From Nemertoderma westbladi (lineage: Eukaryota > Animalia > Xenacoelomorpha), in assembly GCA_032718475.1 (NCBI GenBank), contig JAUCBJ010008653.1:1-64000 (forward strand): 64,000 bases of DNA. The letters are read 5' to 3'. The position numbers and the translations under genes were made by a program. Numbering within the stretch: position 1 is the first letter of the stretch; each line of letters starts with the position of its first letter. Shown in pieces: positions 62,201 through 64,000 of this stretch. The notes below the pieces were generated by a model. The model did no database searches. It worked only from the letters and a program-made list of their open reading frames with translations, and had not been told where the DNA came from.

Positions 62201-64000
62201 TGCCCTTTCTCTCTTATATGTCCAGAGTGTCAAGGTAATCACGCATCCATAATGCATAATGTAAACACTCGTAAATTGATTAATATCTCATCTTCCAAGC
62301 AGCCGAAGGGGGACAAAAATGTCACCGATAAGTATCCATCTGGGTCTAAGGAAAATCCAAAGGTACTGTTATCCACAATGACGAACAAGTTTCAGGATAG
62401 CCTAAATCAAACAATCCTCCCAATCGTCTCCTTAAAGGTATGCATTTGTGGAAGAATGGTTTCTACCTTCGCTTTAATCGATGGTGGTTCTACCAACTCA
62501 TTCATACACAAGGAAGTTACTCAAATCTTAAATTGTGAACCAGAAGTATATAGTTCTTTGTCGATGACAACTCTTCTTCACAATGAAAATGATGTTGAGA
62601 TTGGTATAACTCAATGCCAATTTTTATCGTTAATTGATGGACGAGTCATAGGTGATGTTAGCGTTTATGTATCAGATAAATTGAAGCTAGGAAAGAGAAC
62701 ATTACATGATTCCTTGTTATCTAGTTTTCCGCACTTGTCAGCTATTGATCTCAATTCTAAAGGTATAGATTTACCATTTGTAAGTGTCCTAATTGGACAG
62801 GATGTTCCTCTTGCACATTATAAACTAGAACAATGTTATGGTGACTCACCCCTCAGCCAACCATATGCAACATTATCTCCCTTTGGATGGTACATTTCTG
62901 GTCCATTTGTTAATCCACTTTGTAACCAGCGGAAACAAGAATCTGTAAATGCATTTAAGACACAGGTAAAACCTGCACCACCTATTGATATTAAACGTCA
63001 TTTATCCCAGTTCTGGGACCTTGAAAATCTTGGGTATGGCCGACTCGAAGACCATGACAACTCGATTCAACATGAATCAGCAAATGATAAGCGTGCCAGG
63101 CAGATCCTCACAGAGACAACTGTTTTTTGTGAAGAGGATGGTAAGTATGAAGTAGGTATGTTATGGGATTGTGATCCCAATACCATACTTAATAACCGGC
63201 ATTTGGCAGAGAAACGGTTGTTTTCCTTAGGAAAACGTTTCATGTCAAATGAAGAAAGTAAACAGTATTTTCCCAAGTATGTTGAGAAAATACACGAATA
63301 TATAGATAGTGGGTATGCAGTTAAATTAGTTGGTGATGATTTAATTGCTACTCCTCAAACCAATTATGTGCCACATCATTTTGTGACATATCCAGACACA
63401 CCAGGAAAAATCAGGGTAGTAAATGATGCAGCCGCGAAATTTCGTGGACGATCATTAAATGACATGTTGCTCTCAGGTCCCAACCAACTTAATTTATTAT
63501 TTGGTGTCTTGCTTAGATTTAGGCAAGACAATATTGCCTTTATGTGTGACATAGAGTCAATGTTTCACTGTATCAAAATGACCCGCAAGGACCAAGATAG
63601 TGTTAGGTTTTTATGGTGGTCAAATGACAAAATTCATGATCAAATTGAAGAGTACCGTATGACAGTACACGCCTTTGGGAAAAAGGATTCCCCATGTGTC
63701 GCCATAAATACCCTCCGACTTACTGGTGACACACATAAAGACGATTTTATTCCACTCGTTAATGAGACAATCCAACACAGTTTTTATATGGATGATGGGT
63801 TACCATCTGTAAGTACAGTTGAAGAAGCTGTCACATTAGCGCGGGGCTTGATTGATTGCCTTGCATGTGGTGGTTTAGTGTAAGGTGTTTAAGTTGTTTT
63901 ACTTAAGGTGTTTTATTAGTAACAGTAGAGAATTTTTGGCTCTAATAAATTCGACAAGGTTGTCAAAAAATGTAGACTTAGACTTAGAACATTTACCTCA
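59275..64000 (+). mobile_element. BEL/Pao LTR retrotransposon gag-pol (disrupted; runs off the window)
   Basis: Gag N-terminus 59275-60663; DUF1759-like AWALLDQRYG, three Cys/His knuckles (CTLC..H..C, CFKC..GH..C, CPEC..H..H), protease ALIDGGS, Pao RT (YVPHH, RVVNDAAA, SLNDMLLSGP, DIESMFHCI, FYMDD). Confidence 0.93.
60395..60481. repeat. Perfect 39-bp inverted repeat with 9-nt loop inside the BEL gag ORF
   Basis: AGGCAAATAATCTTATTGAGCAAGCAACCTTTGACAGAC-GTGCCTGTT-GTCTGTCAAAGGTTGCTTGCTCAATAAGATTATTTGCCT. Confidence 0.95.

Overview
AT-rich, transposon-dense genomic DNA from a eukaryote, most likely an invertebrate animal. There are no prokaryotic genes, rRNA/tRNA genes or CRISPR arrays. The only clearly recognisable host gene is PCNA (+ strand): three coding exons at 11853-12018, 14681-14875 and 26136-26330, with the first ~74 codons not found in the window. 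Its introns hold Penelope-like, Gypsy, RTE, pogo-like, hATm-like and MITE insertions, plus a 4.6-kb G-rich 39-bp minisatellite that starts at the splice donor. Downstream lie a near-full-length L2/CR1-type LINE split by a TTAA piggyBac-type MITE, decayed BEL and Gypsy elements, an ALDH3 pseudogene fragment, a second RTE copy and a BEL/Pao gag-pol. The most striking structure is a complete 9-kb IS3EU-type DNA transposon (47615-56638). It has a 6-bp TSD, long repeat-built TIRs with phased CCAAT boxes, an intron-containing DDE transposase, and a convergent gene for a Zn-ribbon/HECT-like E3 ubiquitin ligase protein. A CACTA-type element is nested inside it, and a Harbinger MITE inside that. Two hammerhead-ribozyme-like motifs follow the two Penelope-like elements. 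All family assignments come from motif recognition by eye, not database searches.
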